In this document: positions 1-9,954 of the stretch, one piece after another
How positions within the stretch are numbered: the first letter of the stretch is position 1
Layout: every line of letters begins with the position of its first letter
Origin: an uncultured Candidatus Saccharibacteria bacterium
GTDB taxonomy: Bacteria > Patescibacteriota > Dojkabacteria > SC72
Length of the DNA: 64,000 nt
NCBI GenBank assembly: GCA_964480345.1
Contig: CAYZNW010000004.1
Span: 27,962-91,961, forward strand
Direction: 5' to 3'
Position numbers and translations under genes: made by a program
Notes under the pieces: generated by a model
Databases searched by the model: none
Seen by the model: only the letters and a program-made list of their open reading frames with translations
Told to the model about the DNA's origin: nothing

Positions 1-2641
1 CTGTTGCTTTCTTACTTCCACCGTTATCATTTATTACTTCTTTGATTACAATTAACTTTCCTAGGTTTCTACTGTTTGTGAAAGTACATACTACATCTTC
101 ACCTGATTTAAGAGAGATAGTTGCACTCTCATTTGCTATCACGATATTATTGCTTCCAAAACAAACTAAAGAGGTAAAGTGATAGTTCTCTTTATTTATC
201 TCTTTTACTGTATATGATCCTGGTCTAAGTTCTGAAACTGTGTTTCCAGTAGCATGACCGAGATCTCCATTTAATGTCCATGTCCAATCTGTTGCACCTT
301 TTCTATCTACGCTATCTTCTACATCTCCATCTCCGTTTTCATCAACATTTTTTATGACTTTAATACTTCCTTGTTTGTAGTTAACAAAATTTACATTAAC
401 TTCATTTTCTCCTGCTGTAATGGTTACAGTTTGTTCTCCAACTACTAATACAGCCCATCCTGTTTGTAATACTTCTTTTACAATATATGTACCTGGTAGT
501 AATTTAGTAAATGAATATTTACCTGTACCATCTGTACTTGTTTCTGCCAATTTCAATGTATTGGTTGAGTTCCATAACTCTATACCCCAACCTGCAACAT
601 ATGTTTGATCAGTAGTTGTCTCTGGGTCTGCATCAGCATCATTGATTTTGTAACCTGATATTGATGCATATTTAGTATTAGTAAATGTACATGTAATTGA
701 TTTACCTGCTTCAATTACAATATTACCTATTGTATTTCCATCACTACAACCGTAAGTTGTTTGCCAATCAGCACTGTAGTCATTTTCTGCTACAGCGTAT
801 ATACCTGCTTTCAAGCTAAATGTTTTGCTTGCATCCTCTGTTGCAGAGTTGTCTACTAAATTAAACTGTTCATTAACTGAGTTTCCTGTAAGTGTAAAAC
901 CAAATGAGTTAGTACCAAATGGTAATGCTCTCTTAACAATTGTTAACGAACCATCTTGCGTATTTGTAATGGTACACTCTTTTGTCTCATTACTAGTAAT
1001 TACAATGTTTGAACATGTATTACTTACTAAGCTCCAACCTGCAGGTACTGTTTCTGCGATATTGTAAGTACCAGGCATTACATTATATGTATGTGAACTA
1101 TTTCTACTAATACTTCCAATATTACTATTACTGTCGTACAAGAATGTAGGAGAACCTTCTATTGAAGGTGTACCACTACCAACTATTTCAAATGCTTGAT
1201 TACTGCTAGAAGTTGGGCTTAACACTTTGTTAACTACAATCTTACCCTGTGGGATTAGACAATCGTTTTCATATACTGATTGTCCATATTCTGTCCAGTT
1301 AACACCTGGGAAGTAGGTTCCATCATATGATGTGAATGAAGGGATAATATCTCCCCATGTGTCCATACCAGGGAACCAAATTGCTCCTGTATGTCCTGCA
1401 TGACCATTAAGATCTCCAGATGCACTTGGGGTATGTACAATATATGGGTTTGTTTGAGAATTAGATGCATGACAGATTCTAATTGTTGGAATAACACCGA
1501 CATAGTTTGCAGGATCACTTGCAGTTAGGTTATGTGAAGATGTAACTGTTCCGATATTTGTATAATTTCCTGCAATAGCTTTTGCACTTCCTGTACACGT
1601 CATGCTGATACCTGCTTCTAACTCTGTTTCAGGGCATGTAACTGCTACTCCTTTATCATCGGTAACAAGTATATCGGTTAATTTAACATTACCTGTATTC
1701 TGAACTATATATGTAAAATTAACAGTTTCTCCTGCTGTTACTTGTACTGCATCTTTTGTACTGTTAGCATCAGAATCATTAACTTTCTTAACAATAGATA
1801 TTGCAGGTCTTTCAACTAATACAGAACTTAAATGTCCTAGTAGAAATGCTTTATTATCTTTCCTTTCTTCAGTTACAAACTTTGATACAGCACTACCTGT
1901 AGGGTATGCATTTTGGAATCCATCTATCTTCAATGTATATTTAGTATCACCAATGGTAAATACTTTATCTCCATATGCATTAGGAAATGTTACGACATCA
2001 TCACAAGGAGTTGTACTTAACTGCTCATCTGGATATCCAGAGCAATTGTAATAGAACCAAGGGTTATTAGATGTTTCATTTATATCGAAATAATAACTGA
2101 AAGTAGGGGAAGGAGTTACTGCTGGATTTGAAAAATTCAAAGTAACTTTTAATGTGGCACCACTTGCAGCATCTGAAACAGGCCAGTTCATATGAGTTAA
2201 ATCACCTATGAGGAACTTTTCATCAGCATTGAAACTTTGAGTTCCAGCACCATCAAATCTTAATCCACTTTTATATGTATTTTCTGGTCTTCCCCATCTA
2301 ACTTCTGACGTATTAATACCCGTAATATACCGTCCACCTGTTACTCCAGTCCAGATCCCACTAGTAGAGGAAATTGAGTATTGTCCTGTTGCATTTAACA
2401 TTGCTTTAGGTAAAACATCAGTTCTGTATTCTAATTTCTCACCTTTAGCAATCTCCTCAGGATCAGAGATACCATCTAAGATACTCTTACTAGTATCTTC
2501 AGTTGTAGCTGATACCGATTGAATATTTGCAGGAATTTCACTAATAGCCAAAGCTGACGGAGTTAGCGTGTAAAATATAAAGAAAAATGAAACAAAAGCC
2601 TTATAAAAAGACTTTAGAAATACTTTTGTACTTCTTCTCAT
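1..2641 (-). CDS. Large secreted adhesin-like surface protein, 5' part only (runs off the window start). It has a signal peptide, a DUF11-like domain and multiple Cna-B/SpaA-type prealbumin-fold repeats.
   Basis: Reverse-complement translation by hand from ATG at 2641..2639 gives MRRSTKVFLKSFYKAFVSFFFIFYTLTPSALA|ISE (signal peptide). Then an uninterrupted ORF to position 1, which is why it is absent from the ORF track (no stop in the window). Repeated G.Y.V.E....GW motifs (e.g. LPGTYIVKEVLQTGW, RPGSYTVKEINKENY) are typical of Cna B/SpaA isopeptide-type domains. A VNFTYIVQNTGNVKLTDILVTDDKG segment is DUF11-like. The only ORFs in this region on the + strand (420..608, 825..1067) are short shadows. 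Confidence 0.6.
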   Translation of the reverse strand, partial: MRRSTKVFLKSFYKAFVSFFFIFYTLTPSALAISEIPANIQSVSATTEDTSKSILDGISDPEEIAKGEKLEYRTDVLPKAMLNATGQYSISSTSGIWTGVTGGRYITGINTSEVRWGRPENTYKSGLRFDGAGTQSFNADEKFLIGDLTHMNWPVSDAASGATLKVTLNFSNPAVTPSPTFSYYFDINETSNNPWFYYNCSGYPDEQLSTTPCDDVVTFPNAYGDKVFTIGDTKYTLKIDGFQNAYPTGSAVSKFVTEERKDNKAFLLGHLSSVLVERPAISIVKKVNDSDANSTKDAVQVTAGETVNFTYIVQNTGNVKLTDILVTDDKGVAVTCPETELEAGISMTCTGSAKAIAGNYTNIGTVTSSHNLTASDPANYVGVIPTIRICHASNSQTNPYIVHTPSASGDLNGHAGHTGAIWFPGMDTWGDIIPSFTSYDGTYFPGVNWTEYGQSVYENDCLIPQGKIVVNKVLSPTSSSNQAFEIVGSGTPSIEGSPTFLYDSNSNIGSISRNSSHTYNVMPGTYNIAETVPAGWSLVSNTCSNIVITSNETKECTITNTQDGSLTIVKRALPFGTNSFGFTLTGNSVNEQFNLVDNSATEDASKTFSLKAGIYAVAENDYSADWQTTYGCSDGNTIGNIVIEAGKSITCTFTNTKYASISGYKINDADADPETTTDQTYVAGWGIELWNSTNTLKLAETSTDGTGKYSFTKLLPGTYIVKEVLQTGWAVLVVGEQTVTITAGENEVNVNFVNYKQGSIKVIKNVDENGDGDVEDSVDRKGATDWTWTLNGDLGHATGNTVSELRPGSYTVKEINKENYHFTSLVCFGSNNIVIANESATISLKSGEDVVCTFTNSRNLGKLIVIKEVINDNGGSKKAT

Positions 2642-2792
2642 ATAAATATAATTAAATTTATATATTTACAAATAAAAATTTTAAAGAGTAGCTATTGAAC
2701 TTCTTTTGTAAGAAATCAAATTAATACTCTCAGTAACCGAACAAATTATACATCAAACTCTATCGAATTACAACTCATAGTGCGAGAGACTA

Positions 2793-2801
2793 TGGTATAA
2801 A
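2793..2801 (+). promoter_or_regulatory. Possible extended -10 element (TGgTATAAA) upstream of typA
   Basis: TG-n-TATAAA lies about 45 nt upstream of the typA ATG at 2845. No clear -35. Confidence 0.25.
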
Positions 2802-2844
2802 CTCTTTAATTTATCCTCTCACTGTGTTAAAATTCCTCTTCGTT

Positions 2845-4740
2845 ATGTCAACTCCACACCAAGAGCAACAAAACTTAAGAAACATAGCAATCATTGCGCA
2901 CGTAGATCACGGTAAGACTACCTTGGTAGATGCGTTCATGAAGCAAACACATCTTTTCAGAGATAACCAAGAAGAGATGAGTCAAACACAAATACTTGAT
3001 GTAGGAGAGTTAGAGAGAGAGAAAGGTATTACCATAAATGCAAAGAATATTTCTGTTAGATATAAAGGAGTTAAGATCAATATTATAGATACCCCAGGTC
3101 ATGCTGATTTTGGGGGGGAGGTAGAAAGAACACTTAATATGGCAGATAGCTGTCTGCTATTAGTAGATGCTAAGGAGGGTACTATGCCTCAAACTAAATT
3201 TGTTTTGAAGAAAGCATTGGAGAAGGGGTTAAAACCTGTTGTAGTCATAAACAAGATTGACAAGAAATTAGCAAATATTCAAAAAACAATTTCTAAGATA
3301 CAGGATCTTTTTCTTTCATTAGCAACAAATGAAGAACAACTCGAATTTCCTATATTTTATGCGATCTCAAGAGAAGGTAAGGTATGGAGGGAGTTACCAG
3401 AGGGAGACCTTACTGTAGCTGATAGTATAGAGGGGGATCTAACACCTATATTAGATGAGATAGTAGATAATCTACCAGCACCACAAGGTGATGTGGATAA
3501 ACCGTTTCAGATGTTGATTACCTCCATAGAATACAATGAGCATTTAGGAAGGTATCTGATTGGTAAGATTGCAAATGGGAGTGTAACTGTTGATGACCCT
3601 ATTATTTTGACATCAAATAAAGAGGGTTTTCAAAAGAAACAGGGTAGAGTGAAAGAGATTTTTGTAAAAGAGGGTATGCAGTGGCAGAAAGTTAACAGTG
3701 CTTTAACAGGAGAGATAATTGCACTTACAGGTATAGATAGTACAGATATAGGAGCTACAGTATGCTCTCTTGATAACCCAGAACCTTTGCCTGAGATTAG
3801 TATGACTCCTCCATCTGTTAGGGTTAAGTTTTCGGCAAATACTTCACCGTTTGTAGGAAAAGAGGGTCAATTTGTAACTGCTAAGCAATTACAACAGAGG
3901 TTAGATCAAGAGAAGAATCTAAACATCAGTTTTAAGATAGAGTATATGGGAGGTGATGGATATTTCGTTTCTGGAAGAGGGGAGTTACAGTTAGCTATTC
4001 TCATAGAGCAGTTAAGAAGAGAGGGGTATGAGTTTGAACTTAGTAAGCCGGAGGTTATTTTGCGAGAGGTTGATGGTGTAGAGTGTGAACCACTAGAAGA
4101 GTTGTACATTGATGCTCCTGAGGAGTATTTAAGTGTAATTACCCAAGAGGTAAATGAAAGGAAGGGTAATCTTATCAATATTGAAACTGAAGATGGGGTT
4201 AATAGATTTACATTTAATATTCTCACTAGAAATTTGATTGGACTTCATAGAGTTTTAATGAATGCCACAAAAGGTACCGCTATTATCAATAGTTTTATTG
4301 TCGATTACATTCCTTTCAGCAAGAGTAATGAACTATTTAGAAAAGGAGTGATTATATCTTCTGAGACAGGTACTGCTTTAGCATATTCCTTAATGACTAT
4401 TCAAGAAAGAGGTAAGCTGTTCATATCAGGTTCTACTGATGTATATGAGGGCATGATAATTGGGATAAATAATCATGAGAACGACTTGGATGTTAATCCG
4501 TGTAAGGCAAGGCATAAGACAAATGTGCGTATGTCCCATGCTCAGGTTACTGAGATTGCATTAAAGACTCCTATACAACTTACAATAGAGTATGCTCTTT
4601 CGTTTATAAATAACGATGAGCTTATTGAAATAACTCCAAAGAGTGTTCGTCTTAGAAAGAAGCTTTTAACAGAGACACAAAGAATCTGGTCTAAAAGAAA
4701 AAATCTAACAGAGTATGCAAAGTCTCATTTGAATAGTTAA
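2845..4740 (+). CDS. typA: Translational GTPase TypA/BipA
   Basis: NIAIIAHVDHGKTTLVD G1 motif and DTPGHADFGGEVER. Overall trGTPase architecture of about 630 aa. The track ORF begins at an upstream GTG (2824); the ATG at 2845 (MSTPHQ..) is preferred. Confidence 0.9.
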   Translation: MSTPHQEQQNLRNIAIIAHVDHGKTTLVDAFMKQTHLFRDNQEEMSQTQILDVGELEREKGITINAKNISVRYKGVKINIIDTPGHADFGGEVERTLNMADSCLLLVDAKEGTMPQTKFVLKKALEKGLKPVVVINKIDKKLANIQKTISKIQDLFLSLATNEEQLEFPIFYAISREGKVWRELPEGDLTVADSIEGDLTPILDEIVDNLPAPQGDVDKPFQMLITSIEYNEHLGRYLIGKIANGSVTVDDPIILTSNKEGFQKKQGRVKEIFVKEGMQWQKVNSALTGEIIALTGIDSTDIGATVCSLDNPEPLPEISMTPPSVRVKFSANTSPFVGKEGQFVTAKQLQQRLDQEKNLNISFKIEYMGGDGYFVSGRGELQLAILIEQLRREGYEFELSKPEVILREVDGVECEPLEELYIDAPEEYLSVITQEVNERKGNLINIETEDGVNRFTFNILTRNLIGLHRVLMNATKGTAIINSFIVDYIPFSKSNELFRKGVIISSETGTALAYSLMTIQERGKLFISGSTDVYEGMIIGINNHENDLDVNPCKARHKTNVRMSHAQVTEIALKTPIQLTIEYALSFINNDELIEITPKSVRLRKKLLTETQRIWSKRKNLTEYAKSHLNS

Positions 4741-4763
4741 GAATTTCCATTGTTTTGTATTAT

Positions 4764-4791
4764 AAAAAAAAGAGAGGTATTTCTACCTCTC
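4764..4791 (-). terminator. Rho-independent terminator hairpin between the convergent typA and RRM genes (perfect 8-bp stem GAGAGGTA/TACCTCTC, TTTC loop, flanked by an A8 tract, which reads as a U-run for the minus-strand transcript)
   Basis: Seen directly at 4764..4791. The A-tract at 4764..4770 becomes the poly-U tail for the minus-strand gene 4829..5089. Confidence 0.5.
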
Positions 4792-4828
4792 CTTCAAATC
4801 CGTTTCAAGAAAAACGAATGGTTACCTA

Positions 4829-5089
4829 TTAGAATTCCCTCTTCTCTTCTCGAGCTTCGGAAACGTTTATAGGTCTTCCATCAACTTCTTTACCGTTAAG
4901 TTCAGAAATTGCTTTTTGTGCTTCTTCTTCAGTGGACATAGTGACAAATCCAAAACCTTTGGATCTATTCTTGATTCTGTCCATAATTACTACTGCCTCT
5001 TCAACAGTACCAATTGAACTAAAAGCTTCCTTTAACTGTTCGTCTCTGACGTTCCAGCTAAGGTTTCCTATAAATAATTTTTTACCCAT
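4829..5089 (-). CDS. RRM-type RNA-binding protein (glycine-free short RBP)
   Basis: RNP-2 LFIGNL and RNP-1 KGFGFVTM motifs, 86 aa. Confidence 0.8.
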   Translation of the reverse strand: MGKKLFIGNLSWNVRDEQLKEAFSSIGTVEEAVVIMDRIKNRSKGFGFVTMSTEEEAQKAISELNGKEVDGRPINVSEAREEKREF

Positions 5090-5198
5090 TATTTATATTA
5101 ATATAATTTAAATTTGCTACACCAATTAATTGGGAGATTTACACTCTAAGCAGTCTGTCGAAGAAAGCTTCCATAGCTATCCACATTATACCACATTT

Positions 5199-6422
5199 CT
5201 ATCTCAAATATCCAATAATCTCTTTCAAGGTAGGACGCCTATTGTACATTAGACAGCCCAATTCAAACAATTTCATTGAGACAAAGAGAGCAAGAAGTAC
5301 ATACAGTATTGACATGACTATACCTAAAGTTAATTCTTCTGGTGAGAGTTTTCCAAATGAATTTCGTAATAACAAGGTCATAAATGATGTAAATGGGAAG
5401 TAACTAAAGATTTTTGCTAACAAAGAATCAGGTTGAGTCATGAGTGTTTGTAATAGATAGGTTGGGAAGATAGAGAGGATAATAAATACTGAGGAGAGAT
5501 TCCTACTATCCTCAGCTCCTGCTCCAACTGCACCTACACCAATCATTACTGCTGCAAAGAAGATAAAGCCTGTTACAGTTAAGAACACATTTAATGGAAG
5601 TAAACTCCAATCTATATTATGTAAATTAATATTAAACGGTAGGGTGAGATCAAAGTAGTTATTAATTCCGAAGTATGCAATTAATCCTAATCCTACCCAT
5701 GCTAATAGCTGAGTCATAGCAACACCAATTAATCCAATCATTTTTCCCATCATTAAAGATCTCTTATCTACCATGGATAGCATTGTCTCAATCATACGAT
5801 TCTCTTTCTCTGATGATACACTATCAAGCATAAATGAAGAGGAGATGAATACTGCAAGGAAGAATATCACCAAAGATAGTACAGGTAATATATACTCTTC
5901 AAAACCAAACGGTTTCAAATTTCCTTCTGCATCATATACATGAATAGTAGAAGAGTACGGCCCAGTAACCATTTTACTTACACTCTCATCAGAGATACTA
6001 CTTAATGCGACACCTTTGAACATAGATTCAGCTACAGTAGTTGCCATTGCATTTGTAAACATACCACCCTCATTGCTGAAAAACACTTCATATTTAAGAT
6101 CTGATTTAAAGGTGGAAGGGACATATATAATTAATGACTTTGTATCTTTAATTATCTCTTCCTTAACTATATCTACTGTAGAAGCCTTTATGATAGGCTC
6201 AACATACATAGCATCAGGAAACAAACCAGCATCATCTACAACATATATTTTGTTGAAAGCACTTCTGTCTTCCATCTTCTTTGTACTATCTGCGGCAGAG
6301 TATCCAGAAATGAACATTATTAATCCCATGAATACAGGGAAAAACAGAGTAGAGAACCAGAATGATTTCTTTCTAACTACCTTTAAATATTCAAATCTAG
6401 CAACAACTAAAAATTTTCTCAT
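5199..6422 (-). CDS. ABC-2 family transporter permease
   Basis: About six predicted TM segments in the C-terminal half. Start overlaps the upstream ATPase stop by 4 nt (operon). Confidence 0.7.
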   Translation of the reverse strand: MRKFLVVARFEYLKVVRKKSFWFSTLFFPVFMGLIMFISGYSAADSTKKMEDRSAFNKIYVVDDAGLFPDAMYVEPIIKASTVDIVKEEIIKDTKSLIIYVPSTFKSDLKYEVFFSNEGGMFTNAMATTVAESMFKGVALSSISDESVSKMVTGPYSSTIHVYDAEGNLKPFGFEEYILPVLSLVIFFLAVFISSSFMLDSVSSEKENRMIETMLSMVDKRSLMMGKMIGLIGVAMTQLLAWVGLGLIAYFGINNYFDLTLPFNINLHNIDWSLLPLNVFLTVTGFIFFAAVMIGVGAVGAGAEDSRNLSSVFIILSIFPTYLLQTLMTQPDSLLAKIFSYFPFTSFMTLLLRNSFGKLSPEELTLGIVMSILYVLLALFVSMKLFELGCLMYNRRPTLKEIIGYLR

Positions 6423-7339
6423 GGCTTTTTCATTAAATCTATAAATATTTGATTTAAACTTGGATAGTCTAACTTAACACTTACTAACTTAGTTCCATTA
6501 CTAATTATTTCTTTTAACACATCATTGCTATCTATAGAGTCGTTTTTAGGTTTAATTTCTGCCATCTTACCATCAATGATTGAGGTATATAGCTTACCAT
6601 TTGCTAAAGGTTGTTTACCGTCAAATTCAATAACAAGATTACTATCACCATGTCTTTTTCTAACTTCATCAACACTTCCATGCTCTAGCATCTTACCTGA
6701 GTTAACTATAACAAGACTGTCAGCCATCTTCTGTGCTTCATCTATTACATGAGTGCTGTAAAGAATAGTGGCACCTTTCTTCTTTCTTTCTAAAAGGATA
6801 TCTATAAACATCTGCCTGTTAACTGGGTCTAAGCCTCTAAACGGTTCATCAAGAATTAATATCTCAGGCTTATGAATTAATGCAACACCAAGCTGTACTT
6901 TTTGTTGCATACCTGAACTTAACTTTGATATCTCTTTATCTTTAGCCTCAATCAAACCTACATACTCTAAGTAGTCGAGAGATTTTTTCTTCGCTTCGCT
7001 ACTTGTCATACCTCTCAAAACACCTGTATATGTGAGAATATCTATAACTTTCGTATCTTTATACAATCCTCTCTCTTCAGGTAAGTAACCAATTACCTTA
7101 TTTAATTTCTCGGTATACTCTTTACCGTTAATTAACAGTTCACCTTCATCTGGTAAATAAATCTTTAACAAACATCTAATAGTAGTAGTTTTTCCAGAAC
7201 CATTTGATCCTAAGAAAGCAAATATTTCGCCTTCATTAACATCAAATGAGAAGTTATCAACTGCTTTAAGATCTCCAAAACTTTTTGAAAAATTCTTTAT
7301 ACTTATAGAATATGAAGCCATATGTAAAATATATAACAT
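6419..7339 (-). CDS. ABC transporter ATP-binding protein (ABC-2 exporter ATPase)
   Basis: Walker A GSNGSGKTTT, signature LSSGMQQK, Walker B ILILDEP. The true start may be the internal MASYSISIK. Confidence 0.85.
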   Translation of the reverse strand: MLYILHMASYSISIKNFSKSFGDLKAVDNFSFDVNEGEIFAFLGSNGSGKTTTIRCLLKIYLPDEGELLINGKEYTEKLNKVIGYLPEERGLYKDTKVIDILTYTGVLRGMTSSEAKKKSLDYLEYVGLIEAKDKEISKLSSGMQQKVQLGVALIHKPEILILDEPFRGLDPVNRQMFIDILLERKKKGATILYSTHVIDEAQKMADSLVIVNSGKMLEHGSVDEVRKRHGDSNLVIEFDGKQPLANGKLYTSIIDGKMAEIKPKNDSIDSNDVLKEIISNGTKLVSVKLDYPSLNQIFIDLMKKP

Positions 7340-7390
7340 ACTGCTAATTTTTCTGCAAGAAAGATTTTAATCATATGATATACTCGCATC

Positions 7391-7945
7391 ATGAAAATAT
7401 TAATACATACATGTTGTGCCGATTGCTTTCTGAATACGCTTAACTATCTGAAAGAGAAATCATTAATAAATTCTGAGACAGAAATAGTTGCCTTTTTCTT
7501 TAATCCAAATATTCATCCTAGAGCAGAGTATTTGGAAAGATTAAATGCGTTAAAAAAGGTCATTGAACAGCTAGATGATAGAAATATTAAATTAGTAATA
7601 CCTGATTACAAACCGAAAGAGTATATATCTATGATTAGAGGGAATGAAAAGAACATTAAGCTTTCAAGGTGTAATAAATGTTGGAATTTAAGATTAGAAA
7701 AATCTTTTGAGTATGCGCAAGAAATTGGTGCTGACACTGTTACGACAACTTTATTAACTAGTCATTACCAAAATAGAGAGGATATAAGAAAAATAGGAAA
7801 GGATATTAGTACAAAATATAACATTGATTTCTTAAACATAGACTCTTCATGTAATTGTCATAATCACGGCTTCTATAAACAGAATTACTGTGGATGCTGT
7901 TTTTCATTAACTGAAAAGATGCTACAATTATCAAATAATGAATAA
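7391..7945 (+). CDS. queH: Epoxyqueuosine reductase QueH (DUF208 family)
   Basis: N-terminal MKILIHTCCADC (the LLHxCCAPC-like Cys cluster of DUF208/QueH) plus downstream CNKCW Cys motifs, 184 aa. Confidence 0.7.
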   Translation: MKILIHTCCADCFLNTLNYLKEKSLINSETEIVAFFFNPNIHPRAEYLERLNALKKVIEQLDDRNIKLVIPDYKPKEYISMIRGNEKNIKLSRCNKCWNLRLEKSFEYAQEIGADTVTTTLLTSHYQNREDIRKIGKDISTKYNIDFLNIDSSCNCHNHGFYKQNYCGCCFSLTEKMLQLSNNE

Positions 7946-8146
7946 TTACTTTGTAATTTTAATACTCTCTTTCGTAGCAGTACTTTTTTTTCTTTTTCTT
8001 CTCTCGTTCATTATTCCTTCATCAAAAAAGAAAGTAGGAGATCAGTATGAAGGAGATGATGACGAGTCAAAAGAAGAAGACGAAGAGTAAATATATTACG
8101 AAGTCATGACTTTGTAATATGTGTAATTTATACTTCTACAGTAAGT

Positions 8147-8857
8147 ATGAAGCAACAAAGTATTCTAATAATAGAAGATTGTGCTAATTTAGTCTTTACA
8201 TTACAAAAATTTCTTAAAACGATAGGATACACTTCAGTTGCGGTATATGATGGTGCCTCAGGATTACAGAAAGCTCAATTTAAAGATATATCCTTAATAC
8301 TGCTAGATATTGGACTACCTGATATATCAGGAATAGAGGTTTTAAACAAAGTAAGAGAATTTACTAACAAACCTATCATAATAATATCTTCAAACAGTAC
8401 AGATAGTAACAAAATTGCTTCTTTTGAAAACAAGGCTAATATTTTTCATGAAAAACCAATTAACTATGAACTATTAAAAGCACAGATTGATAGCTTAATA
8501 AATAGAAACGTAAAGAAAGAGATAGTAAAGTTAGACCAATATATTACTGTAGATAAAAATAGTAACACAGTCTTTCACAACGGAAAAGAAGTATCACTTA
8601 CTAATAGAGAGTACTCATTATTAAATTTGTTAATGAGATATAGAGGGCAGACCGTAAGTAGAAAGAACATTATGCAGATATTTGATCCATTAGATAAACT
8701 AAATAGTGTAAATTCTGTAGATGCTACAGTATGTAGATTAAGAAAAAAGCTTCACTGTCATCCAAAAGACGGGTTTATTCAAAGTATCAATGGTAAAGGA
8801 TATCGAATTAAGAAGCAGGAATGTAAAGAGAAACCTTACAATACTTACTCCGCTTAG
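8147..8857 (+). CDS. OmpR-family two-component response regulator
   Basis: Receiver domain (ILIIEDC..., LILLDIGLPDISG, phospho-acceptor Asp context) and a C-terminal winged-helix (LTNREYSLLNLLMRYRGQTVSR...VCRLRKKL...GKGYRI). Confidence 0.85.
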   Translation: MKQQSILIIEDCANLVFTLQKFLKTIGYTSVAVYDGASGLQKAQFKDISLILLDIGLPDISGIEVLNKVREFTNKPIIIISSNSTDSNKIASFENKANIFHEKPINYELLKAQIDSLINRNVKKEIVKLDQYITVDKNSNTVFHNGKEVSLTNREYSLLNLLMRYRGQTVSRKNIMQIFDPLDKLNSVNSVDATVCRLRKKLHCHPKDGFIQSINGKGYRIKKQECKEKPYNTYSA

Positions 8858-9869
8858 AAGTGATTTTTAGATATCCATAAAACTTTTCTTTCAAAACAAG
8901 TTTACAAAACTGTAATCCACATCCCAACACAGTATCTTTTTCAAAACCATCTCCATTATCTCTAAATGTAATGACAACTGTATTTTCCCTCTTTACTACA
9001 TTAATTACTATCTTCTTTTTCCTCTTAGATATCCTTTCAAACTCCTCAATACTATTTATTAAAATATTCATACAAACTCGTAGAAACATAACTTTTTCTC
9101 CAAATATTAAAATATTCTTATCTCCTGTAATAACTACATTAATCTCATTTCGTTTGATTCTTGAAAGTAACAAATTAATTAATTTTCGAATTTCACACAG
9201 TGGTGAGAAGTTATCCTCTATATTCTTCCTTCTAATTAAAATATCACTACTATCAATAATATTCTCCATCTGCTGAGTAGCTAGCAAGAGCTTCTCCAAA
9301 GCCTGTTTCTCTTCATAACCTTTAATACTTCCATCTTGTAGCATTTTAGAAATACCGTACACTACACTCAATGGAGTAGATAGATCATGAAAAACAGATC
9401 TACATATCAAATTTGATAACCTATTACAATTCTCATGATTTACCAATTCCTCATACTCTTTCTTCAATTTTGTAATATGCATTAAATATGAATTCAATAA
9501 TCTTGCCAAAAAATATAGAAAGAGCATAAAACAAACATAGTACGAGAAAAATATATATTTAATATCTATAAATTTGTTTGCAGTTAAAGAATGAAGATGA
9601 GGTAGTATAAAAAACAGAAATATGACAAAAGCGAATTGAGTATGAAGTTTACCAACAAACAAGACTCTCTGACATACCACAACAACTACAATTATCAAAA
9701 ACAAGCAAATACTGTTTAACAGTATTACTAATGAAGGATCTCCAGACAAAATAAAAGTATTAAAACATAATGAAATAAATAAGATTGTTAAAAAAAGAAA
9801 AGTAGATATCTTCACCATCCTTTCTATCTTCGCTTCATAAAATGAAGGTAATTCTATTTTCTTTTTCAT
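8808..9869 (-). CDS. Membrane sensor histidine kinase
   Basis: N-terminal multi-TM region, H-box HDLSTPLSVVYGISKML, ATPase region FRDNGDGF / GCGLQFCK. The 3' end overlaps the response-regulator 3' end by 50 nt (convergent). Confidence 0.8.
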   Translation of the reverse strand: MKKKIELPSFYEAKIERMVKISTFLFLTILFISLCFNTFILSGDPSLVILLNSICLFLIIVVVVVCQRVLFVGKLHTQFAFVIFLFFILPHLHSLTANKFIDIKYIFFSYYVCFMLFLYFLARLLNSYLMHITKLKKEYEELVNHENCNRLSNLICRSVFHDLSTPLSVVYGISKMLQDGSIKGYEEKQALEKLLLATQQMENIIDSSDILIRRKNIEDNFSPLCEIRKLINLLLSRIKRNEINVVITGDKNILIFGEKVMFLRVCMNILINSIEEFERISKRKKKIVINVVKRENTVVITFRDNGDGFEKDTVLGCGLQFCKLVLKEKFYGYLKITSKRSKYCKVSLYIPAS

Positions 9870-9954
9870 TTTAATTAATAATTAATTTTACATAACAGTA
9901 TATGTTCTAACAATTACAAAATCATTACATCTATAATTATGATATAATTTTCAA

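Noticed and set aside
420-1518. Track ORFs 420..608(+), 825..1067(+), 1255..1518(-) in the first 2.6 kb
   Set aside because: All lie inside or antisense to the long uninterrupted minus-strand reading frame (1..2641) that carries clear signal-peptide and Cna-B-type repeat features. They are short, with no motifs or RBS context, and are shadow ORFs.
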